NCBI GenBank assembly: GCA_963664015.2
Contig: CAXXLF010000002.1
Location: 608,001-672,000 of the forward strand
DNA: 64,000 nt
Source: Candidatus Binatia bacterium
Lineage (GTDB): Bacteria; Desulfobacterota; Binatia; UBA9968; CAXXLF01
Reading direction: 5' to 3'
The notes under the pieces are model-generated. The model searched no databases. It saw only the letters and a list, made by a program, of their open reading frames with translations, and had not been told where the DNA came from. Within the stretch, counting starts at the first letter, position 1. Each line of letters starts with the position of its first letter. This document shows positions 1-11,425 of the stretch, piece after piece. The translations under genes and the position numbers were made by a program.

Positions 1-255
1 TTTATCGATGGTGACACGGCTGATGGTGAAATAGACACGGTTAAGCCGGAAAGATTCCTTCACGCGCCGCGCAAGCTCCATATGGGCAAAAGTCGGTGGA
101 TTAAAAGAACCGGAAAGGACGCCCACGGCCCCCTTTGTTATGCCCAGGGGCTTATCCGAAATTAGCGCATGGGGCGAGGCCTCCGCATCGAGACCTTCAA
201 GGACCTCCCGGAATTTAAAGAGACGCTTTAGATCGTATAAGTTGTCGGCTGCCAT
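1..255 (-). CDS. Nucleotidyltransferase (NadD/NMNAT-like, HxGH superfamily), N-terminal part; runs off the window edge
   Basis: Manual translation from ATG at 255: MAADNLYDLK...GVLSGSFNPPTFAHMELARR...; the SFNPPTxAH motif is typical of NMN/NaMN adenylyltransferases. Not in the ORF track. Confidence 0.75.
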   Translation of the reverse strand, partial: MAADNLYDLKRLFKFREVLEGLDAEASPHALISDKPLGITKGAVGVLSGSFNPPTFAHMELARRVKESFRLNRVYFTISRVTIDK

Positions 256-370
256 TTTCTCAATCGTTGTGGGATATTAACGTCTGAAGCCTACAGCATT
301 CATTTAATTGTTTAAAGGATTATTTATTGTCTTGAACCGAATTACGGACTAGGTTAAAAAATACTTAACC

Positions 371-1981
371 TTGCAAGTTTTACTTCCATCACTAAAAGCG
401 TCAGGCTTAACCCTCTTGGCCCTCTCTGCCCTGCTCTTTCTGGGCGCCTGTGGCCCTGACCCGCACCAAACCGGCGAGAGCATCTTTCGCGTCAACCTCG
501 GTACGGAACCGCCCAGCCTTGACTGGTCCCGTGCAACGGATCACGTCTCCTTCAACGTCCTGGTCAACCTGATCGTCGGTCTCACAGAATTTGACCGTGA
601 GCTCAAGCCCGCGCCTATGGTAGCGAGGTCATGGGAATTCGTCGACGGAGGGAAAACAATCCTATTTCACCTGCGCGACGACGTCCGCTGGAGCGACGGG
701 AAGACGGTTCGGGCCCAAGACTTCGTTTATTCCTGGCGCCGGCTCTTGAGTCCGGAAACCGCCTCCGAATACGCTTATATCCTTTTCGACATCGTCAACG
801 CCGAGGAATACAACCAGGGAAAAATTGCCGATCCCGCACTAGTAGGCGTTGCGGCCCGGGACGACTGGACGCTGGAGGTGAATCTCAAGGTCCCCGCACC
901 CTATTTCCTGGCCATCACCACCTTTGAGGTCACATTCCCTCAGCGCGAGGACATCGTCAAACAGTTTAGCGAGAGCTGGACTACGCCGGGTAAAATCGTA
1001 ACCAATGGCCCCTTCCTTCTCGATACCTGGAGACACGAAAACGAGATCCAACTCACGGCCAACCCGGATTTTTTTCTCGGCAAACCGGCCATCGATCGAA
1101 TCCAGATGACCATGGTCAGTGAAAAGACCACCGCCCTGGCCATGTACGAAAGGGGCCAGCTCGACTTCATCGAAAACAAGAGCATCCCGATCTTCGAAAA
1201 ACGCCGAATCAGAGAACGCCCCGGCTACCGGGTGGTCCCCCAGCTCCGGGGCTACTATTACGGATTTGCGACCCACCTGAAGCCCTTTGACGACACGCGC
1301 GTGCGCCGGGCCTTCGCTCTCGCAATCGACGAGCGAGTTTTTCCCAAGGTCCTACACGGCGACGAGCGCCCGACAAAGTCCTGGATCCCACCCGGCATGC
1401 TCGCCTACAACCGGGAGATCGGGCTCTTGTTCAATCCGGCGGTCGCACGGCGTCTGCTCGCTGAAGCAGGCTATCCCGGTGGCATTGGGTTCCCCGATGT
1501 TACCCTGGGATACAATACGGACGAAACCCACAAAACGGTGGCAGAGGCGGTTCAAAGCATGTGGAAAAAGAATCTGGGTGTGCTGGTGCAGCTTGAGAAC
1601 CAAGAGTGGAAGGTCTACCTCGACAAGTTACGCCGGGACCCGCCCCATATCCACCGTTTGGGCTGGGGCGCCGACTACCCAGACCCGCACAACTTCATGA
1701 ACCTGTTCACCTCCACCAGCGGCAACAACAACACACGGTGGAAAAGCAAACGCTACGACGCTTTGGTGGAACAGGCAGCCCGGGAGCTGGACCCTGAGAC
1801 GCGGATAAAACTATACAATGATGCGCAACGTCTTCTCTGCGAGACCGATATCCCCATTGTGCCCCTGTTCGTGACCACGGAGACCACGGTGTTGAACCCG
1901 CGATTCATCGGGCTGGAGTTAAACTCCATGGCAAGGCTCATGCTCCGCGACGTTCGCCTCAAGGAACCCCCTACCCCCTAG
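371..1981 (+). CDS. oppA: Oligopeptide ABC transporter substrate-binding lipoprotein
   Basis: Lipobox LGAC; EPPSLD, WSDGKTVRAQDF, NGPFLL and GWGADYPDP family-5 SBP motifs. Confidence 0.92.
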   Translation: MQVLLPSLKASGLTLLALSALLFLGACGPDPHQTGESIFRVNLGTEPPSLDWSRATDHVSFNVLVNLIVGLTEFDRELKPAPMVARSWEFVDGGKTILFHLRDDVRWSDGKTVRAQDFVYSWRRLLSPETASEYAYILFDIVNAEEYNQGKIADPALVGVAARDDWTLEVNLKVPAPYFLAITTFEVTFPQREDIVKQFSESWTTPGKIVTNGPFLLDTWRHENEIQLTANPDFFLGKPAIDRIQMTMVSEKTTALAMYERGQLDFIENKSIPIFEKRRIRERPGYRVVPQLRGYYYGFATHLKPFDDTRVRRAFALAIDERVFPKVLHGDERPTKSWIPPGMLAYNREIGLLFNPAVARRLLAEAGYPGGIGFPDVTLGYNTDETHKTVAEAVQSMWKKNLGVLVQLENQEWKVYLDKLRRDPPHIHRLGWGADYPDPHNFMNLFTSTSGNNNTRWKSKRYDALVEQAARELDPETRIKLYNDAQRLLCETDIPIVPLFVTTETTVLNPRFIGLELNSMARLMLRDVRLKEPPTP

Positions 1982-2065
1982 ATTCTGGCCGATAAAATGT
2001 TCAACAAAATGACGTTCAAACCTTTTCTTCTATTTTCTCCGAACTTGGCGTCCATTGGGACTTTA

Positions 2066-2106
2066 CCCCTCGATTCCCCTCGGGGTCCTGAGGTTCTCGA
2101 AGGGCG
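2066..2106. repeat. Short REP-like imperfect palindrome between oppA and oppB
   Basis: ccctcga...cctcggggtcctgagg...tcgaaggg with self-complementary arms. Confidence 0.35.
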
Positions 2107-2185
2107 CGAGTTATCATATTTTCGAATCTGTAATCTAAACTTCAACCGGAAACTTCAAATACCTTTGCCTAGAAATTAGTACCGA

Positions 2186-3103
2186 ATGGGCCGATTCATA
2201 CTCAGGCGCCTCTACCACGGTCTCGCCGTCCTATGGGTGGTCGCCACGCTGACCTTCATCCTCATGCACATCACCCCCGGAGGCCCCTTTGACCGGGAGC
2301 AACGCCTGCCACCTCAGATCATGGCCAACCTGCAGGCCAAGTATCACCTCGACAAACCCCCGTGGCACCAGTACCTGCTCTACCTGCACGGCCTGGTCCG
2401 CGGCGATCTGGGACCTTCGTACAAGTACTTGACCCGAACCGTCACGGACATTGTGGCTTCGACCCTGCCGGTCTCGGCACTCCTTGGCGCTCTCGCCCTG
2501 GCCTGCGCCGTAATCATCGCGCTACCCACAGGGCTATTGGCGGCCTATTACAAAAACTCCTGGGTGGACCGCTGGTGTTTGTTCCTGGCGACCCTCGGAA
2601 TCTCACTGCCCAATTTCATTCTCGGTGCGCTTTTAATTTGGCTCCTCTCACTCCAATTTGGTTGGTTTCAAGCGGGGCGATGGGGTCCTATCTCCAGTAT
2701 GGTTCTGCCGACCCTAACTCTGGGGGCGGCTCCCGCCGCCTATCTGTCTTACCTGCTCCGGTCCACATTGATCGAAACTCTCGGGGAGGACTTTATCCGC
2801 ACCGCGCGGGCCAAGGGCCTCAAGGAAAAAGTCGTCCTTTTAAAACATGCGCTTCGCAACTCGATCAATCCGGTCCTGACCGTGATGGGCCCCCTCCTGG
2901 CGGCCCTGGTGACTGGTTCCTTTGTCGTCGAATACGTGTTTGCCATTCTCGGTATGGGGCGGTTCTTCATCACGGCGGTAACGGATCGGGATTATCCGAT
3001 GATTATGGGGGTCACCCTCGTGTACAGCACATTACTGGTGGGGGCCAACCTGATCGTTGATTTGCTCTATTCGGTCGCCGATCCGCGAGTTAAAATCCGT
3101 TGA
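2186..3103 (+). CDS. oppB: Oligopeptide ABC transporter permease
   Basis: PGGPFD, GDLGPSY, RTARAKGL...KHALRN, RDYP motifs. Confidence 0.93.
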   Translation: MGRFILRRLYHGLAVLWVVATLTFILMHITPGGPFDREQRLPPQIMANLQAKYHLDKPPWHQYLLYLHGLVRGDLGPSYKYLTRTVTDIVASTLPVSALLGALALACAVIIALPTGLLAAYYKNSWVDRWCLFLATLGISLPNFILGALLIWLLSLQFGWFQAGRWGPISSMVLPTLTLGAAPAAYLSYLLRSTLIETLGEDFIRTARAKGLKEKVVLLKHALRNSINPVLTVMGPLLAALVTGSFVVEYVFAILGMGRFFITAVTDRDYPMIMGVTLVYSTLLVGANLIVDLLYSVADPRVKIR

Positions 3104-3113
3104 GAGAAAGGGC

Positions 3114-3977
3114 ATGAAAGAAGAGAATTTACTAAAAACTTTGTGGCAGGGGTTGCGCCGGAACCAGGTGGCCTTGGGCAGTCTGGTCTTCATCCTGGCA
3201 ATGGCCGTGGGTAGCGCGCTCGTTTCTTTGCTCTCCCCTTACAGCTCGGGAGGGTTCGACGAGGCCCATATCCTCGAAACCCCCAGCCTCAGCCACTGGA
3301 TGGGGACCGACGGGTTGGGACGAGACCTGTTGACCCGGATCCTCTATGGTGCGCGGGTTTCCCTCACGGTGGGAGTGGGGACTACGGGACTCGCCTTACT
3401 CATGGGAACGATCTATGGCTTGATCTCCGGCTATGCCCGTCCCCAGGTGGATAACCTGCTCATGCGAATCGTAGACATCTTCTACAGCCTGCCGGACCTG
3501 CTGGTCTTCATCCTGCTCTCGCTGGTCCTGGGACGAAACGTCATGGGCCTACTTATATCACTGGGCCTGGTCACCTGGGTGCGACTTGCAAGGCTGACGC
3601 GAGGCGAAGTCTTACAGGCCAAGGAATCTATTTACGTGGAGGGCGCAAGGGCTATCGGTGCCAGCGGCACGAGGATCCTGTTACGTCACATTCTGCCCAA
3701 CATTATGGGTCCCATCATCGTAACCCTAACCTTTATGGTACCCGTCGTGATCCTCGCCGAGTCGACCCTGAGTTTTATTGGTCTGGGGATCAATGATCCT
3801 TACAGCCCGTGGGGAACGAGCTGGGGCACCCTGGCCCAGGACGGGTGGCGCGCCATGCGCACCTATCCCCACGTGATATTCTTCCCGGGACTGGCTATCT
3901 TCTTGACAATCCTGTCGCTCAATTTTCTCGGCAACGCCGTGAGAGACATCTTGGATCCGAGAGGTAAGTTACGATAA
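3114..3977 (+). CDS. oppC: Oligopeptide ABC transporter permease
   Basis: HWMGTDGLGRD, ARAIGAS...RHILPN, ESTLSFIGLG, DILDPR; start set at ATG 3114. Confidence 0.92.
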   Translation: MKEENLLKTLWQGLRRNQVALGSLVFILAMAVGSALVSLLSPYSSGGFDEAHILETPSLSHWMGTDGLGRDLLTRILYGARVSLTVGVGTTGLALLMGTIYGLISGYARPQVDNLLMRIVDIFYSLPDLLVFILLSLVLGRNVMGLLISLGLVTWVRLARLTRGEVLQAKESIYVEGARAIGASGTRILLRHILPNIMGPIIVTLTFMVPVVILAESTLSFIGLGINDPYSPWGTSWGTLAQDGWRAMRTYPHVIFFPGLAIFLTILSLNFLGNAVRDILDPRGKLR

Positions 3978-3995
3978 GTCGGTGGCGGGTTGCGA

Positions 3996-4874
3996 TCAAG
4001 CCCGATTGAAAGTAGGCGTCCGGCCCTGCATGAGAGTGGCTAGTGAAGCCGCATCGAAGCGCAAACCCACATAGAAAGAACCGAACAGGGCGTAAATGGC
4101 GCTGGCCTCATCAAAGCGCATCTCGTAAACGATTTTTTTGAACTGCAGGGGATCGTCAGCGAATAGATCGACGCCCCATTCCCAGTCGTCAAACCCCATG
4201 GAACCTGAGATGATCTGGGTGATCTTCCCCGCGTACATGCGCCCCACCATGCCATGCTCGTGGAGCATGCGCTGGCGCTCCTTCATAGGCACGGTGAACC
4301 AATTTTGGATCTCCCCCCGCTTGCGTCCCATGGGATAAAAACAGAGGTGCCGGCGGGTTGGGATCTTGGGCCAGAGCCGTGGTCCCTGCGCCTCCCTCTG
4401 TTCCGCCAGGGCCGCTTCCACCGCCTGCGCCCATTCGGGAGTACCGGGATTCACTCCCCTGTCCTTGAGTTCGGGATAGAGCCGCGCCGTCGCCTGGTAG
4501 AGACCCAGTTCCAGGACCGATAGGTATGAGGTTGTGGGCTCAAGGAACTCGGCAAATTTCAGATTGGCCAGGCTGAGCTCCGTTTCATTGATCGCTTCAA
4601 GGGTGCGCCGAAAATGGACGATCATCAGATCCCCCTTATGTCCCAGCAGGGAAAACACAGCGCTCTGTCCGTCCTCTCGCTGCTCCATTCCCTCGAGCGC
4701 GGCGCACGCCTCGCCGATGGCAGAATCCCTTTCTCTGAACGAGAGCGCCTTCCAGGCGGGCCAGTTAATACGAAACATCTGGTGCAGGATACTCCAGCCG
4801 TCCAGGGTCATAGGAACGCCGGGGAGACCGTCGTCGTTGACCTCTTGAGTTTTAGTGGCGTTTTCTCTTTCCAT
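3996..4874 (-). CDS. chdC: Coproheme decarboxylase (HemQ/ChdC, chlorite dismutase family)
   Basis: TLDGWSILHQ, HKGDL, FYPM-RKR, EHGMVGR-YAGK, GSMGFDDWEWGVDLF, YEMRFDEASA. Confidence 0.9.
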   Translation of the reverse strand: MERENATKTQEVNDDGLPGVPMTLDGWSILHQMFRINWPAWKALSFRERDSAIGEACAALEGMEQREDGQSAVFSLLGHKGDLMIVHFRRTLEAINETELSLANLKFAEFLEPTTSYLSVLELGLYQATARLYPELKDRGVNPGTPEWAQAVEAALAEQREAQGPRLWPKIPTRRHLCFYPMGRKRGEIQNWFTVPMKERQRMLHEHGMVGRMYAGKITQIISGSMGFDDWEWGVDLFADDPLQFKKIVYEMRFDEASAIYALFGSFYVGLRFDAASLATLMQGRTPTFNRA

Positions 4875-5017
4875 AGGTCCTTTTTCCCTGCCTCTCGATC
4901 CAAATCCCAAGAATCATTCCCCCTAATATGTATCGTGCCCCGCGCTTGTTTGCAATTTTACCTCTATTTCATTATGTGAGGAGACAATGCAGCTAAATCT
5001 CCTGCGCCTATCTTTAA

Positions 5018-6250
5018 TTGGAGCTCTGTTTTTTCAGGGCTTTTTTCCCCAGCTCCTCCCTGGCTGAGTCCAGTCCTGTCCAGGAGGTCGTTCTGGACAA
5101 CGGTCTCAAGGTCCTCCTTTTAGAGGACCATAAGAGCCCCGCCGTTACCTTTCAGGTCTGGTATCGGGTCGGCTCCAGAAATGAAAAGGACGTTAAGAGC
5201 GGCCTTTCCCACTTTCTAGAACACATGAGGTTCAAAGGGACATCCAAGATCGGCCCTGGCGAATTTATGAGGATCATCGCAAGACAGGGCGGCCGCTCCA
5301 ATGCCCTCACATTGCAAGACACGACGGTCTATTTTGCTACCATGAGCCGGGACAAGATTGAGTTCTGCGTTTCGATGGAAGCGGATCGCATGGTGCGGGC
5401 CTGCATGAATGAGGAGCACTTTGAGGCCGAGAAAAATGTCGTCATGGAAGAACGACGCCTTAGGACCGACCTTCCTCCGCCCTGTCGGTGGCCATCAACC
5501 CTGTCGCCGGAGGACCTCAAAAACTATTACCGAACCTATTACGCCCCCAACAACGCCTTTATAGTTGTCGTCGGAGATTTTCCGCCGTCGGCGATGCTAA
5601 CCCAGATCAAGGCGACTTTCGGCAAGATACCCCGCGGACCTACGCCCCCGAAGCTCCTTATCAAAGAAAGACCTCAAACAGGCGAGCGACGGGTTATTCT
5701 CAAAAAAGAGGCGGAACTTTCTTTTGTCCTCATGGCCTACCATGTACCTAATCTTCACAATCCGGACAGTTACGCATTGGATCTGCTGTCGGTGGTCCTC
5801 GCCGAAGGACGCAGTTCCAGGCTCCACCGCGATCTCGTCTACGGTCAACGCCTCTCTCGCAGAGTGGACGCCGGTTACGACGCTTTCGCTATCGATTCTA
5901 CGATCTTCTCGATCGAGGCTCAGGCCATGCCCGGGGAAGACCCCGCTGACGTGGAGCATGCTATCGATGAACTGCTGGCTAAGATTAAATCCGAACCCAT
6001 TACGGAACGGGAGCTACAAAAGGCAAAGAACCAGGTTGAGGCCTCTTTTGTTTTCCGCCAGAATTCCATCTTCGGCCAAGCCATGAGGATAGACCATCAC
6101 GAGATAACAGGGGGCTGGTCCCAAATAGACCGATATCTCGACGGGATAAGATAACTCACCGCAAACGACCTCATGAGGGTAACGCGAAAATACCTCCACT
6201 CGGATCGACGCACGGTCGGGATCATGATACCCACCCCACAGGCGGAGTAA
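5018..6250 (+). pseudogene. M16B zinc peptidase catalytic subunit, degraded
   Basis: HFLEH (HxxEH) motif. The segment after EERRLR looks deleted. Premature TAA at 6152-6154, after which the frame continues LTANDLMRVTRKYL...* to 6250. Confidence 0.8.
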
Positions 6251-7435
6251 TGAAAAAGATTTTCCCGGTGTGCCTGTTTCTGGCCCTCCCCCTAAACGCT
6301 CCCACGCCTTCCCTCGCAGGTCCGCGGGCTCAACGGACCGTCTTGAATAACGGCCTGGCCCTGTTGACCTCGGACCAAAGAAACCTGCCCATGGTCACAC
6401 TGGAACTGCTCATCAAGGCCGGCTCCCGCTACGACCCTGCGGGGCAGGAAGGCATCGCGAATCTCACCTCACGGCTTCTCACTTACGGGACCCGACAGCG
6501 CTCGGCACTCCAGATCAGCGAAGAGCTCGACTTTATCGGAGCCCGGTTACGAACCCGCTGTAGAAACAATCAGGTGACGGTCAACCTAACCCTGCTCAAG
6601 AAGGACCTCGACGTGGGGCTCCATCTGTTTGCCGAGATCTTGACCGATAGCATATTTCCTCCGAACGAAATCCAGCGACTCAAAAACTCCGTCGTTGCCG
6701 CCATCCAATCTAAAAGGGAAAACGCGAGGGCTATCGCACGGGAGACTTTCATAGCCACATTGTATCCCGACAGCCCTCACGGACGTCCCGTAGAGGGGAG
6801 CGAAGGGTCAGTGACCACCATTGATCGCTCCCACATTAAGAGTTTCTTTCAGAACTATTACCGTCCCAACCGTTCAATTTTAGCCGTGGTTGGAGACGTT
6901 ACCCGGGAAGAGATTGAAGAAAAGCTGAACCAGTCCATGAAAGGATGGAAAAAGGGGTCCCACCCCACCGACTCCCCCATCGCCATGCACCTGGCGTTGG
7001 CCACCACCATTCGAGTCGATAGACATCTCACCCAGCCCAACATCATGGTAAGTCACACGGGCATTTCCAGGGGGCACCCGGATTATTACGCCGTTTACGT
7101 GATGAACCACATCCTGGGTGACGGCGGCCTATCGTCACGGCTGGTCCATGCCATCCGCATCAAGCGATCCTTTGGCTTACTCCGTCCACAGCCGATTCGA
7201 CGCGGGAAAAGAGATGGGAACATTTCGCGTGAGGATGCAGACAAAAAACGCGACCGCCCAGGAAGCCCTGGCGGTCGCCCAAAAGGAAATCGAACGGATT
7301 CAGGCGCAGGGAGTTAACGAAGAGGAGCTGGGGGACGCGAAACTACCTCCACCCGAACGGGCTAACCACCGTCATCGTGGCCAATCTAGAAAAAGTAAGA
7401 TAAAACCCATGGAATTATATGGCTTAAAGTGGTAG
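6250..7435 (+). pseudogene. M16B peptidase partner subunit, frameshifted and truncated
   Basis: AGSRYDP...GIANLT and ILGDGGLSSRL in frame 1; LAYSVHSRF continues in another frame (shift near 7170); C-terminus lost. Confidence 0.8.
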
Positions 7436-7512
7436 GTTAGACTTCTTGGATCGGCCTTGACATCTCAGACGATCTGGAAAAAGCTGAACCAGCAAGCAGG
7501 AAAGGGGTCACC

Positions 7513-7896
<384 letters not shown>

Positions 7897-7974
7897 CGGT
7901 TTCGTCGCCTTTCCTATTTTAGTCCACGGTATCATCCCGACTTCCACAGGAAACGGGAGAAGGCCTCAAAGAAA

Positions 7975-9321
7975 TTGAGCGTGTCCACGAAAGAGAAAGC
8001 CCTCTCCATTGTTACGCGCCTACACGAGGAGGGGTATCTTGCCTATCTGGCCGGCGGCTGCGTACGGGACGGTCTTCTGGGTAAAGAACCCAAAGACTAC
8101 GACATCGCCACAGACGCGGAGCCGGAGCAGATCCAACACATCTTTCCTCAGACCCTTGCGGTAGGCTCTCAATTCGGCGTGGTTATGGTGATCCTGGATA
8201 GAGAGTCCTTTGCCGTAACCACTTTCCGCTTCGACGGGCCTTATCTGGACGGACGACACCCCAGTCATGTGCGCTTCGGCACCTTGGAAGAAGACGTGGC
8301 ACGACGGGACTTCACCATCAACGGAATGATGCTCGACCCGGAAGACAATCGGGTCATCGACCTCATTGGCGGTCAGATGGACCTGAAGCAAAGGGTAATC
8401 CGCGCCATCGGAGATCCCAACCAACGCTTCGAAGAGGACCGGCTTCGCATGATTCGCGCCATTCGTTTCGCGGCCGGTCTTAATTTCACCATCGAGGAGA
8501 AGACCCATGCCGCCGTACGGCAACAGGCATCAAAGATCACTCAAGTCGCATGGGAACGGATTGGCGACGAGACAACACGGGTGCTGACGGAAGGCGGGGC
8601 CAAGAGGGGCTTCGAGCTCATGAACGAGACCGGCCTGCTCAAAGTCTTGATGCCCGAAATCGAGAACATGAAGGGAGTCGAGCAGAGCCCCAACTATCAC
8701 CCCGAGGGAGATGTATTTTCCCATACAATGAATCTTCTCGGCCATCTGGACAATGCAACCGAAACCCTGGCCTACGGCTGCCTGCTCCACGACGTGGCCA
8801 AGCCCGTATGCTTCAAACGACGAGAGCATAAGATCACCTTCTACAACCACCCCAATAAGGGCGCCGAGATGGCCGTGGAGATGTTGAAACGCTTCAAGCG
8901 CAGCCGGAGCACTTGGGAACGTGTCGAGTACCTGGTGCGCAGTCACCTGCACTACACCCAGGCGCCCAATATGAAACTCAGCACCCTAAAGAAATTCCTC
9001 GGCGGAAACGGCATCGGAGAGCTATTGGAGCTATGCCGCATTGATGCCCTGTCATCCAACGATGACCTGCAGTATTACAATTTTTGCAGACAGAAGTTAT
9101 CAGAATTGAAGAGCGAAGAGATCCATCCTGAACCACTACTTCGCGGAAAGGATCTTATTGCCATGGGGTTTTCGCCCGGCCCCATCTTTCAGACTATCTT
9201 GAAGCAACTCGAAGAAGGCCAGCTCAACGGCGAGGTTCTCAGCCGAGAACAAGCACGGGAATGGGTCATCAAGCAATACGGAGTCCAGACAACACCCCCT
9301 CGTCAACCGGAGAAAGAATAA
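7975..9321 (+). CDS. cca: CCA tRNA nucleotidyltransferase with HD domain
   Basis: GGCVRD-LLG-EPKDYDIAT, RRDFTIN, EDRLRMIRAIRF, HPEGDV, LLHDVAKP. Confidence 0.9.
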   Translation: MSVSTKEKALSIVTRLHEEGYLAYLAGGCVRDGLLGKEPKDYDIATDAEPEQIQHIFPQTLAVGSQFGVVMVILDRESFAVTTFRFDGPYLDGRHPSHVRFGTLEEDVARRDFTINGMMLDPEDNRVIDLIGGQMDLKQRVIRAIGDPNQRFEEDRLRMIRAIRFAAGLNFTIEEKTHAAVRQQASKITQVAWERIGDETTRVLTEGGAKRGFELMNETGLLKVLMPEIENMKGVEQSPNYHPEGDVFSHTMNLLGHLDNATETLAYGCLLHDVAKPVCFKRREHKITFYNHPNKGAEMAVEMLKRFKRSRSTWERVEYLVRSHLHYTQAPNMKLSTLKKFLGGNGIGELLELCRIDALSSNDDLQYYNFCRQKLSELKSEEIHPEPLLRGKDLIAMGFSPGPIFQTILKQLEEGQLNGEVLSREQAREWVIKQYGVQTTPPRQPEKE

Positions 9322-9375
9322 CGGGAAGGATGTTGTTCATGAAAGTTTGGAAGCGGATCCGCCTAGGTTTTTCGT

Positions 9376-10176
9376 TTATTCGCGATGGGGGACCTTCAGG
9401 ACCAGACATTTGGCGCTGCCACCGGCCTTGATAAACTCGCTCAAAGGGGTCTCGTAGACGGCAAACCCCATGGCTTCCAACTTGGAGCGCACTTCAGGGC
9501 ACCCCTTGTTCATAACGACGTTGCCACCGTCCACGATCGCATTGCAGGCAAAATTTCCAGCCTCCGCCTCGGGAACCGGGATCAGCGTGGAGATTCGCTC
9601 TTCCATCACCTTAATCGCATAAGCGTCGAAGGCGCCCGGGTAGTACAGGGCGCGGTTCTCTCCCAGTGGACAAAAGCAGGTGTCCAGATGATAGAACCAC
9701 TCGTTGGTCAGTTCCAGCGACAGGACTTCGTGGTTGAGGATTTTGGCGATCTCCTCATGGGGCCGAATCTCCGACCGGATATGGTACCCCCCAAAAAAGG
9801 CATCACCGCACATCAAGAGATCACCCTCACCCTCAAAAGGACTCTCGGCGGGCAGGTTGAACATTTCGTAGCCTCTGACCTGGAACCAGTTCTCGAAATG
9901 GGGCGTTTCCCCGCGACGGACTTCATGGTGGAATTGGCTGACGATAAACTTGTTTTCCCAGACCATCCCGGCGTTGGCCGTAAAAACCATGTCGGGCAGA
10001 CCGGAGCGGGGCTCGACCAGGACCACATCCACACCGAGTTTATCCTGCAGTAGCCGATTCAGGCGCCGCCACTGATCCTTGGCAACGTCCGGGTTACTTG
10101 GCTGCTGGCGTCTCATCCACGGGTTGATCTCGTATTCGATACCGTAATAGATAGGCGGACACATTAATAACTGCAT
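9376..10176 (-). CDS. Amidinotransferase/dimethylargininase (pentein) family protein
   Basis: MCPP..Y.INPWM, PDMVFTAN, FEGEGD, YHLDTCF, KAGGSAKCL. Confidence 0.88.
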   Translation of the reverse strand: MQLLMCPPIYYGIEYEINPWMRRQQPSNPDVAKDQWRRLNRLLQDKLGVDVVLVEPRSGLPDMVFTANAGMVWENKFIVSQFHHEVRRGETPHFENWFQVRGYEMFNLPAESPFEGEGDLLMCGDAFFGGYHIRSEIRPHEEIAKILNHEVLSLELTNEWFYHLDTCFCPLGENRALYYPGAFDAYAIKVMEERISTLIPVPEAEAGNFACNAIVDGGNVVMNKGCPEVRSKLEAMGFAVYETPLSEFIKAGGSAKCLVLKVPHRE

Positions 10177-10420
10177 ATCAAAATCCCACTTATCCTTTGC
10201 TTTAAATGGATTTTAGTTTTCCACTTTAATCTCTTACCTTTTTACTTGCGCCTTAATACTTCCCCCTTTTTTAATATGCCTTACTTCACCGCCTGGCAAA
10301 TTCCCCCAGCTCGGCATGTGGCATTGATCGCCCAGAGGTGATGCTCATGCCCCTCACTGGCGCGAATCTTCTTGTCCAGATACACTCCGAGAGAGGTTAC
10401 ATAGAGCGTACAGGTGCAGT

Positions 10421-11398
10421 CTAGCGAAAGAGTGCCCGCGCGTTGCCGCCGAGAAGCTTTCTCTTCGCCTGCGGCGTGAGATTTGCCTTCTCAACGATGC
10501 GGACCGCATTGCCGAGCATACCGATGGTGGGATAGTCGCTTCCCAGAAGCACCTGTCCTTCCCCCATGGAGTGCACCGCAAAGGTGAGCTCCTCGGGAAC
10601 CCAGAAGGGCGGCGCCGTATCGATAAAGATCCTTTTACGATAGCGGTCAAAGAAATCCTTAGGGCGCTGATCCCAGAAAGAAGGATTAAGGCGGTTTTTC
10701 AAGGCAAAAAAAGCGCCGCCCATATGGGAGAATACGAAACGGAGATTCGGGAAGCGATCGAGAGTGCCGCTCAACATTAATCGGGTCATGTTAATGGTCG
10801 TGTCGATGGCACGGCCTAGATTTCTCGTCAGATTGTACTGCTCCATACCGTGGGGATGGGCCATGGGTAACTCGCCGGCCGGATGCACCAGGATTGGCAC
10901 ATCCAGGTCGGACACCGCTTTGTAGAAGGGGTAAAGCTTCCGGTCGTCCATGAGAGTCCCCTTGATATGGGTGTTCATGGCCACGGCTTTGAAGCCCAGG
11001 TCGACAATGGCACGTTTCAATTCCCTGCGGGCATCGGCGGCAAGTGGGGGCACATGGGCGACGGGAACGATACGGTCGGGGAACTGTTCCGTCGTCTCCG
11101 CCATAGCGTCGTTGATCGAACGGGCTGCCTTGATATTGACCCAATCGAGCCAGACACCGACATGCAGTGCAGCCTGGTCCACTCCCGCTCGATCCATGGC
11201 CTTAATCTGGTCATGCATGCTGGCCGTGATCGGGGGAGGAGAAAAGAGCTGAACACCTTTGCGTGTAATTCGAAAGCGTCCAGACTTCCACACGACTTTC
11301 TCACCCCATCGGGTATAGGGTTCCGGCCGCAAATATTGCCCCTGGGGCATCCAGTGATGGTGAACGTCAACGACGAGATGTTTTTTACTCATGATCAA
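10421..11398 (-). CDS. Amidohydrolase family 2 protein (ACMSD-like)
   Basis: DVHHH, PILVHP, SHMGG, LLGSDYP, GGNA. Confidence 0.87.
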   Translation of the reverse strand: MIMSKKHLVVDVHHHWMPQGQYLRPEPYTRWGEKVVWKSGRFRITRKGVQLFSPPPITASMHDQIKAMDRAGVDQAALHVGVWLDWVNIKAARSINDAMAETTEQFPDRIVPVAHVPPLAADARRELKRAIVDLGFKAVAMNTHIKGTLMDDRKLYPFYKAVSDLDVPILVHPAGELPMAHPHGMEQYNLTRNLGRAIDTTINMTRLMLSGTLDRFPNLRFVFSHMGGAFFALKNRLNPSFWDQRPKDFFDRYRKRIFIDTAPPFWVPEELTFAVHSMGEGQVLLGSDYPTIGMLGNAVRIVEKANLTPQAKRKLLGGNARALFR

Positions 11399-11425
11399 GC
11401 TCTCTCCTGCTCGGATCCCAAGAAC

